Below, piece by piece: positions 26,301-37,084 of a stretch of DNA of 64,000 nt. Source of the DNA: Macrostomum hystrix (lineage: Eukaryota > Animalia > Platyhelminthes); the NCBI GenBank assembly GCA_950097015.1, contig CATNEN010000025.1:9176001-9240000 (forward strand), given 5' to 3'. The notes under the pieces are model-generated. The model had not been told where the DNA came from and did not search any database. It saw nothing but the letters and a program-made list of their open reading frames with translations. The position numbers and the translations under genes are program-made. Numbering within the stretch: the stretch's first letter is position 1; each line of letters begins with the position of its first letter.

Positions 26301-29300
26301 CTCTTGCCGTCGCCTCCTTGATCTGCTGCAGCGAGAGTCCCTTCGGGGTGGCGGCTTCGGCGATGCTGTTAATGAAGTTAGTGTCCCTGGACTAACACGA
26401 ACTGCAGCGACTGCTGAGGGCCCGCTTGGTTGCCGGCTCAGGACATCGCTGGGGTTGGACGGGCCTGGCCTGTATGTTGTCTCGAACACCAGGTCCTGGA
26501 TGATCAGTGCCACCCGGGAACTGGGCTTGAAGAGGTGCACCAGCGGCTTGTGATCGGTGACGACTCGGAAGCCGGGTGAGCCGCTGAGTTAGTGGCGGAA
26601 GCGGAGGCAGCCGAATTTAACCGTGAGAGCCTCCCGCTCAGTCTGCGAGTAGCGCGCCTCTACGGCCGTCAGAGCGCGGCTGGCGTAGGCGATTGGTCTC
26701 AGGCTGCCGTCTGGCTGTTGCTGGCTGAGGATTGTCCCGAGGCCGGTCGGGCTGGCGTACACGATCACTTCTGTCGGCTTCCGCTTGTTGAAGAACGTTA
26801 ACGTGTTGCTGGCATCGATGGAGCTCTTGACGGCGTTAAAGGCAGCGTCTTCCGCCGCTTTCGAGGTCCAGGCGGCCTCCCTTCTGGTCAGGTTTCTGAG
26901 AGGCTTTGCAATGTCTGCGAGCTGTGGGTTTTTGGGGTGGTGGGAGTTTGGGGTGGTGGCTGTTTGGGGTGGTGGGTGTTTGAGGTGGTGGCTGTTTGGG
27001 GTGGTGGGAGTTTGGGGTGGTGGCTGTTTGGGGTGGTGGGTGTTTGAGGTTCTGGGTGTTTGGGGTGACGAGTATTTGGGTGGCGGGTATTTGTGGTGGT
27101 GGGTGGTGGATGTTAGAGGTGTTGGATATTTGGGGTTGGTGGTGTTTGGCATGGTGCGTATTTATACGGAGGTGGTTGTTAGGCGTGGTGAGTATTAGGG
27201 GCTGTGTGTATTTGGGATGACGGCTATTTGGGGAGGTGGGTTTTTGCTGTGGCTGCGGTTGGTTGGCTTTTGGGGTATCAATTGGATTTCCTAAAGTCAG
27301 AAAATCAATTTAAAAGCAGTAGGCTGTTAGATTATGTTCATTCGAAGATCGATTAGAATTCTAAAATTAATTTTTTAGGAGAACGGCGATATGCAGATGT
27401 TCTACAACAATCAGGACATTGCGGACATTGAATTCCCAGCTGACGACACTCCAATCAACGGCAAGCCGAACTACGATCTTCCTCTGCGAGTCGCCATGAT
27501 CAAGCGTCAGACAGGCGCCATCAATATGGTCAGGGTCAAGACATTCGACCATATGGTGAGTAGAAGTCGGGCAGAATGTCCGGGTAGAAGTCACAGCTCA
27601 GGACCAATATAAGACACCTGTAAATTTTTTGCAACAAAAGCAAAGTCCATCCCGTCCGCCTCCAGAGTCGCGGCATGTTACAGCAGTTCCGCTACTTTTA
27701 CGCTCCGCTGAACTCCACCGCGCCAGCTGGTGTCGCCAGCGAAACCCGAGCGACGCCTTTCTCTCTCGGCCTCGTCCTGCCCTGGCGCTCCGACAAGCAG
27801 TGGCCGCCCGTGGCTGCCTACAAAAACCCGCCATCAACTCCAGTCCACAGCCTGAAGCTGGATTACCTGGCTGACTTGCTCTCCCGGCGTCTGGCAAACG
27901 CAACTTGCGACGCGGCATCGCCTGCTTCGTACAAAACAGGCCTGGCCGACTATGAGTTCTGCGACTTCCCCAGCGAACTGCTGTCTCAGTACAGCGTCAA
28001 CCCGCTGTGCGCGCTGGCTTCAGTGCTGCAGATGCCGGAGGCCAAGCAGAGGTCAATGAGCTGCTCAGCTGAGTACCTGAGTCGAGTGCTGATTGACGCG
28101 GGCAGCACAAGCGAGGTGGCGAAGGACTGGCCGACAAGCATGAACTCCGTGGCGCGGGCCCAGCTGGGCGCCGGCCTGGTGTTCCTGTGGACAGCAGCCG
28201 GACTGGCTCGGTGGCAGCAGCCGCCGGCGGGCGACCCACAGGCCGTCATCGACGCCAGTTTTGCCGCGGCTCGACGCAACGGCTCTCGGGATGGTGTGTA
28301 CGAGCGCACTGCCCTGCTGGCAGCCGCCGCATCGGAAGCGTCGCTACCGCTGACGGTGTTGTCGGCGCCATCAGGTGATTCAGTGTCCGCTAGGATCAAG
28401 GCCAACACCAGTGTGCCGATCTACCTGACCTCCGCGCTGCGAGTCGGCGCCAGCGTAGTCGGCGTCATCGGCGCCGAGCTCAACTACGATCGGCTTGCTG
28501 AGTACTTCACGGCCGCCACACGGACTTGCGCCGGTGGCGGCTCTGGGTGCCCCACCTGCGCCCAGACCAATGTGCGCTGCTACCTGCTGGACGGTAGCGG
28601 CGCCGTCGTTGTGTCAGAGAGTCCTGCCGATGTTGGAAAAACTTTCGACATTGTGAACTGCCCTGCTATGCGGCTCATGATGAATCGCAGCATATTTGTC
28701 AGGTGACTATTTTTAATTCAGCCGAAGGTATCTTTGGCTTTGGGGCTTGATTTGAACCATGAAATCTGCATTGACAGTGACTCCAGAAATTCAAAATGTA
28801 AAATTGCCCATATTTTCTAAAATATCCTCAAAGGTGTTATCTAGACAACTTTGCTGACATCCAGTAACAAAATCATCTTACTTTGGCTTTATATTTCCAG
28901 CATGAGAGCCTACGACTTTCAAGCTGTATGCCTCAATAAAACACCTGTTGATAGCTCCGCTTCTACATTGTTGAATGTGAGTTCGAATTGTCTAATAATT
29001 TTGCGAAGTACGCTCGTATAACAAAACAATTGAAGTCTAAAAAAACATATATTTCTTTTTTTATAGCCCATCAGAGCCGTGATACGTCTCATTTCGTGGG
29101 TTGTGGTCGAAGGATTCTTGTGAGAACAGATCGATCAGTATTTAATTTGTACATTAGAATGTTGTTAAATAAACGTTTGTGACATGATGCCTTGAGACAA
29201 TTTTCCAGACTGCTATCAGATGCGACTATGTCAACATTTCAAGCCATCAAAACTGCGGCTCAAGGTGATTTGCTGCTTAATTAAGCTCGTAGATGGTTAA

Positions 29301-32300
29301 CTTTGCCCGTGCCTCGCAGGTTGCATATGAACAAATTTGGAAGTTCAAGTTTTCCTTCTCTCGCAGATTTTGGCATGGTTTTGACCGGTGACGCCGAGAA
29401 GTGCCACCGCATCGATGCTTCCCGACCCGACAGCATTCGGAAAGTCTACGAGCGAGTCGACACACTCGTAGCCGAAACCGCCAACTCTTTCGACAAGTCT
29501 ACGGATGCGGCTACGAAGCTGCAGGAGATTCGGCGTCGCCTCATGCAGCCGCTGTGCATAGGACGCACCGGAGACGATCGAGATGAGGAGGCCGCCTGCG
29601 AGTACCTGTGCAAACTGCTGCCAGAGCAGTTTGGCATCGGCTTTGTCGCTGACCTACTGGCCAGCTGTACACAGTTCACTGAGGCCCAGGTCGACTGCAC
29701 CATCCAGAGGACTCTACTGCGCAGGGAGCAGCAGCAGCCGCTGCCAGCGACGGGGGCCATGCGACTCCGGTGTCCGGCGCTAGGACAATGTGACTCCTGC
29801 CAGACTGGAGCCAACGGTTCCTCGCTATTGTAGGTTTCGTCGCAATGAGTGCACCAGACTTGTCCCAAACGCTGTACATAAAATAAGAGTAGGATCGCGA
29901 AGACCTGTACAGTATTTGGTATAACAATGACAAAGCTCTTCCATGTTGTCTATTGGCCACGGAACAAATCTGTAATAAGATAGTCAAGCTCGCACCAAAG
30001 TGCATTGTGTTTACGCGAGCTTGTATGCATGAGAATACCGATTACGCTCCTACGTTTACTTGAAGCCTTGTTTTGGAAGGTTTGAGCAACTTTGAGTAAA
30101 AATGTAATTATCAGGGCCAATCCCAAGTAACAGTGAATGTGAATTGTGAGCTCTGTCTGACGTTTGGAAAGTCGGGTCCTCGGGTGTATTAGAGCGTATC
30201 CATGTGCTGCGCGCCTTCTAAATCTTAGTCGCCAAACTTCAGTGCTCTCAATGTTTGCCACTTCCGAACAATACAGTTTACCAGCCTCAAACAGCGATAG
30301 ATTATATTTTAACTGTTCGAAACCATCTTTACAGAATTACCTAACATACCCCCTCTGCAGCGACGTGTATGTCCGGCAGGTGGCGGGCACCAATTTGATC
30401 TTTGTGGCTGTCGCCGGCGACCCGAACTGCGACTGCACCGGCTGTCCGTTGGCTGTGGTCAGCGAAAAACTCGACGTCGTTCGCAATGTCACCGCCCAGC
30501 AGCGCTACAGGGAGAGGCCGCCATGGAGTAGGCCGAATATTGTGCTTACGGTAGGCTACTCAATGAGTTCAGTGTGTTCTCTGACAGCCTTAGCAACCCA
30601 ACACTCAATGAGTTCAGTGTGTTCTCTGACAGCCTTATCAACCCAACACTCAATGAGTTCAGTGTGTCCTCTGACAGCCTTATCAACCCAACACTCAATG
30701 AGTTCAGTGTGTCCTCTGACAACCTTAGCAACCCAACACTCAATGAGTTCAGTGTGTCCTCTGACAGCCTTAGCAACCCAACACTCAATGAGTTCAGTGT
30801 GTTCTCTGACAGCCTTAGCAACCCAACACTCAATGAGTTCAGTGTGTCCTCTGACAGCCTTAGCAACCCAACACTCAATGAGTTCAGTGTGTTCTCTGAC
30901 AGCCTTAGCAACCCAACACTCAATGAGCTCAGTGTGTTCTCTGACAGCCTTAGCAACCCAACACTCAATGAGTTCAGTGTGTTCTCTGACAACCTTAGCA
31001 ACCCAACACTCAATGAGTTCAGTGTGTTCTCTGACAGCCTTAGCAACCCAACACTCAATGAGCTCAGTGTGTTCTCTGACAGCCTTAGCAACCCAACACT
31101 CAATGAGCTCAGTGTGTTCTCTGACAGCCTTAGCAACCCAACACTCAATGAGTTCAGTGTGTTCTCGGACAGCCTTAGCAACCCAAAACTCAATGAGTTC
31201 AGTGTGTTCTCTGACAGCCTTATCAACCCAACACTCAATGAGTTCAGTGTGTTCTCTGACAGCCTTAGCAACCCAACACTCAATGAGTTCAGTGTGTTCT
31301 CTGACAGCCTTAGCAACCCAACACTCAATGAGTTCAGTGTGTTCTCTGACAGCCTTAGCAACCCAACACTCAATGAGTTCAGTGTGTTCTCTGACAGCCT
31401 TATCAACCCAACACTCAATGAGTTCAGTGTGTTCTCTGACAACCTTAGCAACCCAACACTCAATGAGTTCAGTGTGTTCTCTGACAGCCTTAGCAACCCA
31501 ACACTCAAGGAGTTCAGTGTGTTCTCTGACAACCTTAGCAACCCAACACTCAATGAGTTCAGTGTGTTCTCTGACAGCCTTAGCAACCCAACACTCAATG
31601 AGTTCAGTGTGTTCTCTGACAGCCTTAGCAACCCAACACTCAATGAGTTCAGTGTGTTCTCTGACAGCCTTAGCAACCCAACACTCAAGGAGTTCAGTGT
31701 GTTCTCTGACAACCTTAGCAACCCAACACTCAATGAGTTCAGTGTGTTCTCTGACAGCCTTAGCAACCCAACACTCAATGAGTTCAGTGTGTTCTCTGAC
31801 AGCCTTAGCAACCCAACACTCAATGAGCTCAGTGTGTTCTCTGACAGCCTTAGCAACCCAACACTCAATGAGTTCAGTGTGTTCTCTGACAGCCTTAGCA
31901 ACCCAACACTCAATGAGTTCAGTGTGTTCTCTGACAGCCTTAGCAACCCAACACTCAATGAGTTCAGTGTGTTCTCTGACAGCCTTAGCAACCCAACACT
32001 CAATGAGTTCAGTGTGTTCTCTGACAGCCTTAGCAACCCAACACTCAATGAGCTCAGTGTGTTCTCTGACAGCCTTAGCAACCCAACACTCAATGAGTTC
32101 AGTGTGTTCTCTGACAGCCTTAGCAACCCAACACTCAATGATTTCAGTGTGTTCTCTGACAACCTTAGCAACCCAACACTCAATGAGTTCAGTGTGTTCT
32201 CTGACAGCCTTAGCAACCCAACACTCAATGAGCTCAGTGTGTTCTCTGACAGCCTTAGCAACCCAACACTCAATGAGTTCAGTGTGTTCTCTGACAGCCT

Positions 32301-33047
32301 TAGCAACCCAACACTCAATGAGTTCAGTGTGTTCTCTGACAACCTTAGCAACCCAACACTCAATGAGTTCAGTGTGTTCTCTGACAGCCTTAGCAACCCA
32401 ACACTCAATGAGTTCAGTGTGTTCTCTGACAGCCTTAGCAACCCAACACTCAAGGAGTTCAGTGTGTTCTCTGACAACCTTAGCAACCCAACACTCAATG
32501 AGTTCAGTGTGTTCTCTGACAGCCTTAGCAACCCAACACTCAATGAGTTCAGTGTGTTCTCTGACAGCCTTAGCAACCCAACACTCAATGAGCTCAGTGT
32601 GTTCTCTGACAGCCTTAGCAACCCAACACTCAATGAGTTCAGTGTGTTCTCTGACAGCCTTAGCAACCCAACACTCAATGAGTTCAGTGTGTTCTCTGAC
32701 AGCCTTAGCAACCCAACACTCAATGAGTTCAGTGTGTTCTCTGACAACCTTAGCAACCCAACACTCAATGAGTTCAGTGTGTTCTCTGACAGCCTTAGCA
32801 ACCCAACACTCAATGAGCTCAGTGTGTTCTCTGACAGCCTTAGCAACCCAGCACACAGCTAGTTCTCTGTGTTTTGTGCCAACCGGCTCTATTTTTGCAT
32901 TTAATTTCTATTTTTCCACAGGATAACGCCACTGTGTGCAGCAAGGCAGCAGTACCATCAGCTGTCAGTCAAGCTCAGCTGTTGCCAGTGGTTCTCATGG
33001 CTTTCGTGAGCTCCTGCTTTCAGCATCAATGGTCTCTCGGCGCTTGA
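8372..33047 (+). CDS. CACNA2D: Voltage-gated calcium channel auxiliary subunit alpha2delta (CACNA2D/unc-36-like), 21 exons, about 1314 aa
   Basis: Exons (all GT-AG, phases consistent, total 3945 nt): 8372-8469, 10250-10328, 11591-11710, 12907-12963, 17639-17918, 18223-18442, 18527-18677, 19036-19113, 19206-19436, 20027-20161, 20424-20516, 23153-23212, 23292-23456, 27379-27555, 27666-28702, 28901-28976, 29067-29119, 29209-29264, 29367-29829 (donor least certain), 30361-30550, 32922-33047. Motifs: signal peptide MSATQAAFAGVLICLSSVIRG; VWA_N NWTSSLDDVF and WQYFGTTEG; VWA MIDAS PKDMVILIDNSGS and IMLITD; Cache NNGFILFHP; YDFQAVC; delta TNLIFVAV and CDC; C-terminal hydrophobic GPI-type signal. Paralog assignment not possible. 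Confidence 0.93.
8555..8820 (-). mobile_element. SINE family 1 copy in alpha2delta intron 1
   Basis: Same head (GAATTGAGCTCAGGGACCTTGGTGCGAGA on +) and body as the 7231-7562 copy. Confidence 0.8.
8823..10175. repeat. 24-bp minisatellite made of two related 12-mers (AGCCATAGCTAG/AATCGCAGCTAG), with 12- and 26-bp variants
   Basis: Direct periodicity; begins immediately after the SINE head. Confidence 0.95.
10990..11408. repeat. 24-bp minisatellite (TCTCTGTCTGTCTATCCAGTGTTA)
   Basis: Direct periodicity, 8-aa period in the ORF track. Confidence 0.95.
11742..12848. repeat. 34-bp minisatellite, about 32 copies (TGATTGCAGGACCAAACTGCAGTTGGGAATGGCC), with internal near-palindrome
   Basis: Direct periodicity; fills almost all of alpha2delta intron 3. 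Confidence 0.97.
13135..13800. repeat. 30-bp minisatellite (GACTAGAGTGGTAATGATCGATCTATGCAT), about 22 copies
   Basis: Direct periodicity; two main alleles, TATGCATG and TATGGATG. Confidence 0.97.
14388..17504 (-). CDS. Endonuclease-reverse transcriptase ORF of the RTE element (1038 aa, uninterrupted)
   Basis: APE motifs VGTLNCRTL, IALQE, LGDLNA, IDHVL, SDH. RT motifs GPDEVP, QNGFRP, FIDFMKAFDSV, GVLQGDTLAPFLF, YADD, VNTKKT, YLG. True start may be the downstream ATG at 17336. Confidence 0.95.
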   Translation of the reverse strand: MPRPPRGQDGEPRLTAAAANSGRTKRGQRSAHRRVERRRERNRRGRQRGAARRAAAMRVHLGLLCGAGDHEAQHYRAPAVPQGTLRVGTLNCRTLKAAWRRGLLAKLALDLSCDVIALQEVSIRAEPGLHCEDLGSGWTLWYTSADQRGRGGVGALIGPRLQQSYRCSSLSPRMLRVDVRLRGRNARLFCVYAPPATRPDEAQDFFEQLSARVEETSQRDTVIVLGDLNAVPRRSERSLFVTPRENGNTQALEDFLERQDMVSANTRFRKPPSRLATFVGCKRRRRNARGRFATRRLALIDHVLLRSRERRRAINCRTITPLALRSDHRLLICDLELRDPLYRPPKRPPRRYYRALKDAGTHCHFASAFITALGGKRGGAEYADVSAAVRAAAEQAVPLMQPAQRGQPVWQDDPAIQQAREDLEELRLSRRPTREAEEALASVYLQRQQAAVDEVVRAVSAAGPDARGRVAWSAINALTGRKRRIQLNLAGDTADERRNELREFFAAIVNAPPPPLPNILTLPPETPLPSEDSFNVAPVTMAEVLMLAQKTPGGKALGPDEVPIEALRIHCVASEVARVMNRVLSGEVAPTEWTMAHIIAIPKKPGTTRLDEHRGICLQSCAAKLFNRMLLSRLQPVLDPYLRPEQNGFRPHRGAVTQILALRRIIEEARTRQLDLIVVFIDFMKAFDSVARAALPHVLRAYHVPEQLISAIMALYCATRAAVMTPDGLSDPFETSSGVLQGDTLAPFLFVLVLDWVLRTALPTDEDGFLLRRRVGRRQPEKRLSVLGYADDLALLSSTVEDAQRQLDKLISAAASVGLLVNTKKTVVLCVPGDIEAAIFCRSADGQVTELPRCQQFVYLGGLVPDVREDLRRRRRYAWAAFRSVRAVLQSEALPDRQRAALFQAVVETVLLYNAETWTLTDSLEQQVNVAHAGLLRAAFKISDERITNAALYRRAGLARPSELLRLRRLQLAGHIIRAESYCPQPVQEVLLLTLQAPYRRGQARTRRFVDCLLADAGAPDTAGGAAFVCAQALKRAL
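17438..17536 (-). ncRNA. HDV-like self-cleaving ribozyme at the RTE 5' end (predicted)
   Basis: Minus strand folds as: P1 GTCTT(A)/(C)AAGAC; J1/2 hairpin TTATTTGCAC-ATCG-GTGCAGATAA; P2 TGCCGCG/C(A)GCGGCA; P3 ACC/GGT; L3 TCCTCGT; P1.1 CC/GG; P4 GCCGC...GCGGC; J4/2 GCCAA. Confidence 0.78.
17916..18104. repeat. 16-bp tandem repeat, 12 copies (CTTGTGAGTACGGATG); first unit contains the exon 5 donor
   Basis: GTGAGT at 17919 and every 16 nt to 18095. Confidence 0.95.
18112..18162 (-). mobile_element. SINE family 1 head fragment
   Basis: GGACTCGCCAAAGAATCGAACTCGGGACCTTGG resembles the family head region. Confidence 0.55.
18786..18988 (-). mobile_element. SINE family 1 copy (truncated)
   Basis: Body and partial head match the other copies. 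Confidence 0.8.
19465..19890. repeat. Degenerate G/T-rich repeat with about 15 TTAGGG hexamers
   Basis: Direct inspection; recurrent GGTGGGTTAGGGG units. Confidence 0.85.
20601..20911 (-). mobile_element. SINE family 1 copy
   Basis: Head and body match the other copies. Confidence 0.85.
21824..22273. repeat. 16-bp minisatellite (GAGACACGGGAGAGAT)
   Basis: Direct periodicity. Confidence 0.95.
23465..24222. repeat. 16-bp G-rich minisatellite (GGGGTGGTGGCTGTTT), left part
   Basis: Direct periodicity; the same unit resumes at 26926. Confidence 0.93.
24799..24965 (+). pseudogene. Tc1/IS630-like transposase N-terminal HTH fragment
   Basis: MPRGNYGKVSQTDRQRLISAFEENADWLQLAVQLGINKQTARSIITRFRRTG has the paired-like HTH pattern. 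Upstream AGTAACTTCWATTTCG repeats at about 24340-24470 resemble subterminal sites. Truncated by the Gypsy fragment. Confidence 0.6.
24966..26925 (-). mobile_element. Degenerate Ty3/Gypsy pol fragment (RT connection, RNase H, integrase), no LTRs
   Basis: Motifs across frameshifts and stops: IAYASRAL..E.RYSQTEREAL; VTDHKPL; YRPG..N..D.LSR; HQGHQG zinc finger; LVIVDHFSRY; VSDNGPPF; YHPEANG.TER; TPHSSTG.TPA. Confidence 0.9.
26926..27270. repeat. 16-bp G-rich minisatellite, right (more degenerate) part
   Basis: Same unit family as 23465-24222. Confidence 0.85.
30557..32850. repeat. 45-bp minisatellite, about 51 copies (CTCAATGAGTTCAGTGTGTTCTCTGACAGCCTTAGCAACCCAACA)
   Basis: Direct periodicity, 15-aa period; fills the last alpha2delta intron. 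Confidence 0.98.
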
Positions 33048-33771
33048 AGAAGTAAAGAAAATATCTTTTTACATAGCGAGTAATTAAAGCTTGCAACCAA
33101 ACTTCAGTATTCTGTATCTCTACTGGACATTTGCTGAGCTCTTGGTCAGGGTAGATGTTTGCGTTGGAAGATGTCAGGGAAGTTTTTAGGGTAGATGTCA
33201 GCGTATAAGTAGATGTCAAGGTAGATGTCAGGACAGATGTCATGGTTGGTATATTTTTGGGTATATGTCAGGGTAGATGTCTGCGGAAAACTTCCAGAAT
33301 ATTTCCAGCATTTTGTAGATATTTTTCTCGCAGTTTTTAAAAAGAATGAAAAGAATTTACAACTGCTCCTTAATAACGAATATTCTCATATTTACAGCTG
33401 CTTGTTACTACTAAAAATAGCTAAATTCTTACAAAAAGCGATATAAGTTTTCTATGCAACCTGTGTGAGCAAAATTAATATTACAGATATTTACTTATAG
33501 TTCTGCGGTGGCATGAAATTTTATCTTTCAAATGTTATCATGCATGTTGATATGTTCTGCTTTTCATTTACATAAAAATTTGCCAATATTGTTCGCTATG
33601 AATGAATGCAATAAATTCCAACCGTCACAAAATTGATTAAAGATAACTTTTCGACAACAGAAAAAATATTTCACCGGTTTTTTATGTCTAGTTGAATTGA
33701 CTCATTGTATAAATTTAAGCTTTTTACTTAGTCTTGTAACTTCTGTAGATTAATAGTTCACGCCAAGGCCA

Positions 33772-36527
33772 AACCCACTGTCCTATTTATTACATCAGTC
33801 ACAAACCCACTGTCTTATTACACCAGTCACAAACCCACTGTCCCATTTATTACATCAGTCACAGACCCACTGTCCCATTTATTACATCAGTCACAAACCC
33901 ACTGTCCCATTTATTACATCAGTCACAGACCCACTGTCCCATTTATTACACCAGTCACAAACCCACTGTCCCATTTATTACATCAGTCACAAACCCACTG
34001 TCCCATTTATTACATCAGTCACAAACCCACTGTCTTATTACATCAGTCACAAACCCACTGTCTTATTACATCAGTCACAAACCCACTGTCTTATTACATC
34101 AGTCACAAACCCACTGTCCTATTACATCAGTCACAGACCCACTGTCTTATTACATCAGTCACAGACCCACTGTCTTATTACATCAGTCACAAACCCACTG
34201 TCTTATTACATCAGTCACAAACCCACTGTCTTATTACATCAGTCACAAACCCACTGTCTTATTACATCAGTCACAAGCCCACTGTCTTATTACATCAGTC
34301 ACAAACCCACTGTCCCATTTATTACATCAGTCACAAACCCACTGTCTTATTACATCAGTCACAAACCCACTGTCTTATTACATCAGTCACAAACCCACTG
34401 TCCCATTTATTACATCAGTCACAAACCCACTGTCTTATTACATCAGTCACAAAGCCACTGTCTTATTACATCAGTCACAGACCCACTGTCTTATTACATC
34501 AGTCACAAACCCACTGTCTTATTACATCAGTCACAAACCCACTGTCTTATTACATCAGTCACAAGCCCACTGTCTTACTACATCAGTCACAAACCCACTG
34601 TCTTATTACATAAGTCACAGACCCACTGTCTTATTACATCAGTCACAGACCCACTGTCTTATTACATCAGTCACAGACCCACTGTCTTATAACATCAGTC
34701 ACAAACCCACTGTCTTATTACATCAGTCACAAACCCACTGTCTTATTACATCAGTCACAAACCCACTGTCTTATTACATCAGTCACAGACCCACTGTCTT
34801 ATAACATCAGTCACAAACCCACTGTCTTATTACATCAGTCACAAACCCACTGTCTTATTACATCAGTCACAAGCCCACTGTCTTATTACATCAGTCACAA
34901 GCCCACTGTCTTATTACATCAGTCACAAGCCCACTGTCTTATTACATCAGTCACAAGCCCACTGTCTTATTACATCAGTCACAAACCCACTGTCCCATTT
35001 ATTGCATCAGTCACAGACCCACTGTCCCATTTATTACATCAGTCACAAACCCACTGTCTTATTACATCAGTCACAAGCCCACTGTCTTATTACATCAGTC
35101 ACAAGCCCACTGTCTTATTACATCAGTCACAAGCCCACTGTCTTATTACATCAGTCACAAACCCACTGTCTTATTACATCAGTCAAAAACCCACTGTCCC
35201 ATTTATTGCATCAGTCACAGACCCACTGTCCCATTTATTACATCAGTCAGAGACCCACTGTCCCATTTATTACATCAGTCGGAGACCCACTGTCCCATTT
35301 ATTACATCAGTCGCAAACCCACTGTCTTATTACATCAGTCAGAGACCCACTGTCCCATTTATTACATCAGTCGCAAACCCACTGTCTTATTACATCAGTC
35401 ACAAACCCACTGTCTTATTACATCAGTCACAAGCCCACTGTCTTATTACATCAGTCACAAACCCACTGTCTTATTACATCAGTCACAAGCCCACTGTCTT
35501 ATTACATCAGTCACAAGCCCACTGTCTTATTACATCAGTCACAGACCCACTGTCTTATTACATCAGTCACAAACCCACTGTCTTATTACATCAGTCACAA
35601 ACCCACTGTCCTATTACATCAGTCACAAACCCACTGTCTTATTACATCAGTCACAAACCCACTGTCTTATTACATCAGTCACAAACCCACTGTCTTATTA
35701 CATCAGTCACAAACCCACTGTCTTATTACATCAGTCACAAACCCACTGTCTTATTACATCAGTCACAGACCCACTGTCTTATAACATCAGTCACAAACCC
35801 ACTGTCTTATTACATCAGTCACAAACCCACTGTCCTATTACATCAGTCACAAACCCACTGTCTTATTACATCAGTCACAAACCCACTGTCTTATTACATC
35901 AGTCACAAGCCCACTGTCTTATTACATCAGTCACAAACCCACTGTCCTATTACATCAGTCACAAACCCACTGTCTTATTACATCAGTCACAGACCCACTG
36001 TCTTATTACATCAGTCAGAAACCCACTGTCTTATTACATCAGTCACAAACCTACTGTCTTATTACATCAGTCAAAAACCCACTGTCCCATTTATTGCATC
36101 AGTCACAGACCCACTGTCCCATTTATTACATCAGTCAGAGACCCACTGTCCCATTTTTTACATCAGTCGGAGACCCACTGTCCCATTTATTACATCAGTC
36201 AGAGACCCACTGTCCCATTTATTACATCAGTCACAAACCCACTGTCCCATTTATTACATCAGTCACAAACCCACTGTCCCATTTATTGCATCAGTCACAA
36301 ACCCACTGTCCCATTTATTGCATCAGTCACAGACCCACTGTCCCATTTATTACATCAGTCACAGACCCACTGTCCCATTTATTGCATCAGTCACAGACCC
36401 ACTGTCCCATTTATTGCATCAGTCACAGACCCACTGTCCCATTTATTACATCAGTCACAGACCCACTGTCCCATTTATTACATCAGTCAGAGACCCACTG
36501 TCCCATTTATTGCATCAGTCACAAACC
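33772..36527. repeat. Mosaic 28/32-bp minisatellite (AAACCCACTGTC[TT|CCATTT]ATTACATCAGTCAC)
   Basis: Direct periodicity; 32-bp units are enriched at both ends and in internal blocks. Confidence 0.97.
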
Positions 36528-37084
36528 AACTCCCTTAAATTTTTTTTTCGATTAAACATTATCACTGTACATTTCAGTTTGTTATCACGTGTAACAGTCC
36601 TGTCAGTCCAATAAACTGTCATAAAGTGTAGGTACTCATATTGATGATTTTATCAAGTAGTAGTCAAGAGAGGTGGGAGGACACCAGGACCATAGCATCA
36701 ATACTTGTAACACAGTAATATGATTCAATTATAATATAAAACAGCAGGTTGGAAAATTGCGCACTCAATTTACCTAACGATCAATCGATTCGGTCTGCTT
36801 TTGTTTTGGACTGTCGATTAGTGCAATGAATTGTCAGGTAAAATATAGGCGCAGATAATGGATTGGATTCCAAGTCTGCAACAGAAGACTTGTACTAATA
36901 AAGAAGAAATTCATTTACAAGAGATCGTAATTTTACACGAACTTCAAGCTTACTCGACAATAAAAGGAGAGTGTAAAAGATAAAATGAAAAATTCTAGAT
37001 TAAGATATCAATATTCTAGACAGTTCGCTAGTAATAGACATTGGTTGCATTTTATTTAAATTTTTACATACACAAGACCTAGTG

